The translations under genes were made by a program, and so were the position numbers. A stretch of DNA of 64,000 bases from the human T2T-CHM13v2.0 reference genome, Homo sapiens: assembly GCF_009914755.1 (NCBI RefSeq), contig NC_060926.1; one strand, 5' to 3'. Below the pieces are notes generated by a model. It had not been told where the DNA came from, made no database searches, and was given only the letters and a program-made list of their open reading frames with translations. Each line of letters opens with the position of its first letter. Within the stretch, counting starts at the first letter, position 1. Of this stretch, positions 63,171-64,000 are shown piece after piece.

Positions 63171-63694
63171 ACATGGGATAAAACAAAGCCCAATAGTTTG
63201 GAGGGCAGGGGAGGAGTATTTTTATGTGGGTCAAGACCTCAAAGCCTCCTAGGAAATTGATCTTGCAGCAGAAGTGGCAGTGATAAGAGCATCATCACCA
63301 GATACTCACCCCCAACCAACCTCCCACTGAATCTCATCACAAGCACATAAAGAACACGCCTTTTTTTTTTTTTTTTTTCAGTAGAATCAAATTCTTCCTT
63401 CACACATACCCTCCACACTGGGTCTTTTATAGCTCAGCCTGATCAGCTGACAGCAAAGTAAATAAATATAGAGACACAACAGTGGAAAAATGAGGTGAAA
63501 AAGTTTTAACAGATATATAAATGAAACTCTCAGGTGATCTTGTCATAGGATTTCAGCTCCAATCACATATTAAAAAGAGCCCATTGCAGGGCCAGGCACT
63601 CCAGGTCTGCTTAATTTTCTTAATTTTCTGCTATTGGACAGAAAATATTCTCCTTTATTCTAGATCTTTTGATAGAACAACGACTTCATCAATC

Positions 63695-63998
63695 TTTTTT
63701 TTTTTTTTTTTTTTTGGAGATGGAGTCTCGCTCAGTCGCCCAGGCTGGAGGGCAGTGGCACGATCTCGGCTCACTGCAAGCTCTGCCTCCCGGGTTCACA
63801 CCATTCTCCTGCCTCAGCCTCCTGAGTAGCTGCGACTACAGGCACCCGCCACTAAGCCTGGCTAATTTTTTTGTATTTTTATTAGAGACAGGGTTTCACC
63901 GTGTTAGCCAGGATGGTCTCGATCTCCTGACCTCGTGATCCGCCCGTCTTGGCCTCCCAAAGTGCTGGGATTACAGGCGTGAGCCACCACGCCTGGCC
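63695..63998 (-). mobile_element. AluY
   Basis: gcaagctctgcc, ttcacaccattc and gttagccaggatggtctcgatc diagnostics. Confidence 0.95.
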
Positions 63999-64000
63999 AA

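Overview
This is primate, very probably human, non-coding genomic DNA (intronic or intergenic). I see no CpG island, no recognisable host protein-coding exon, no RNA gene and no CRISPR or prokaryotic system. It contains about 44 Alu or Alu-monomer copies, L1PA/L1MB/L1MC/L1ME pieces, L2/MIR, DNA transposons (Tigger3b, MER47A, MER20, MER5, MER81, MER102) and LTR elements. The LTR elements include a complete THE1D with TSD, MER41B, MER39, MER21, MLT1s and an LTR16/ERV3-16A3-like remnant. Nearly all ORFs in the supplied track are read-through of Alu, L1 or LTR sequence; the only real protein homology is the C-terminal end of L1 ORF2 (60157-60796). The most interesting signals are: (i) several repeat copies rewritten into perfect or near-perfect palindromes, which look like template-switch scars; (ii) a 5'-inverted L1 with a duplicated junction and no TSD; (iii) two strong CTCF motifs in divergent orientation; (iv) a MER41B inserted in an AluJ with one GAS motif intact and one altered; (v) a very young AluYg-lineage insertion; (vi) deep nested insertions; (vii) a few weak candidate exons. 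Repeat names come from recalled consensus sequences and boundaries are approximate. I could not identify a host gene and do not see a new biological system.
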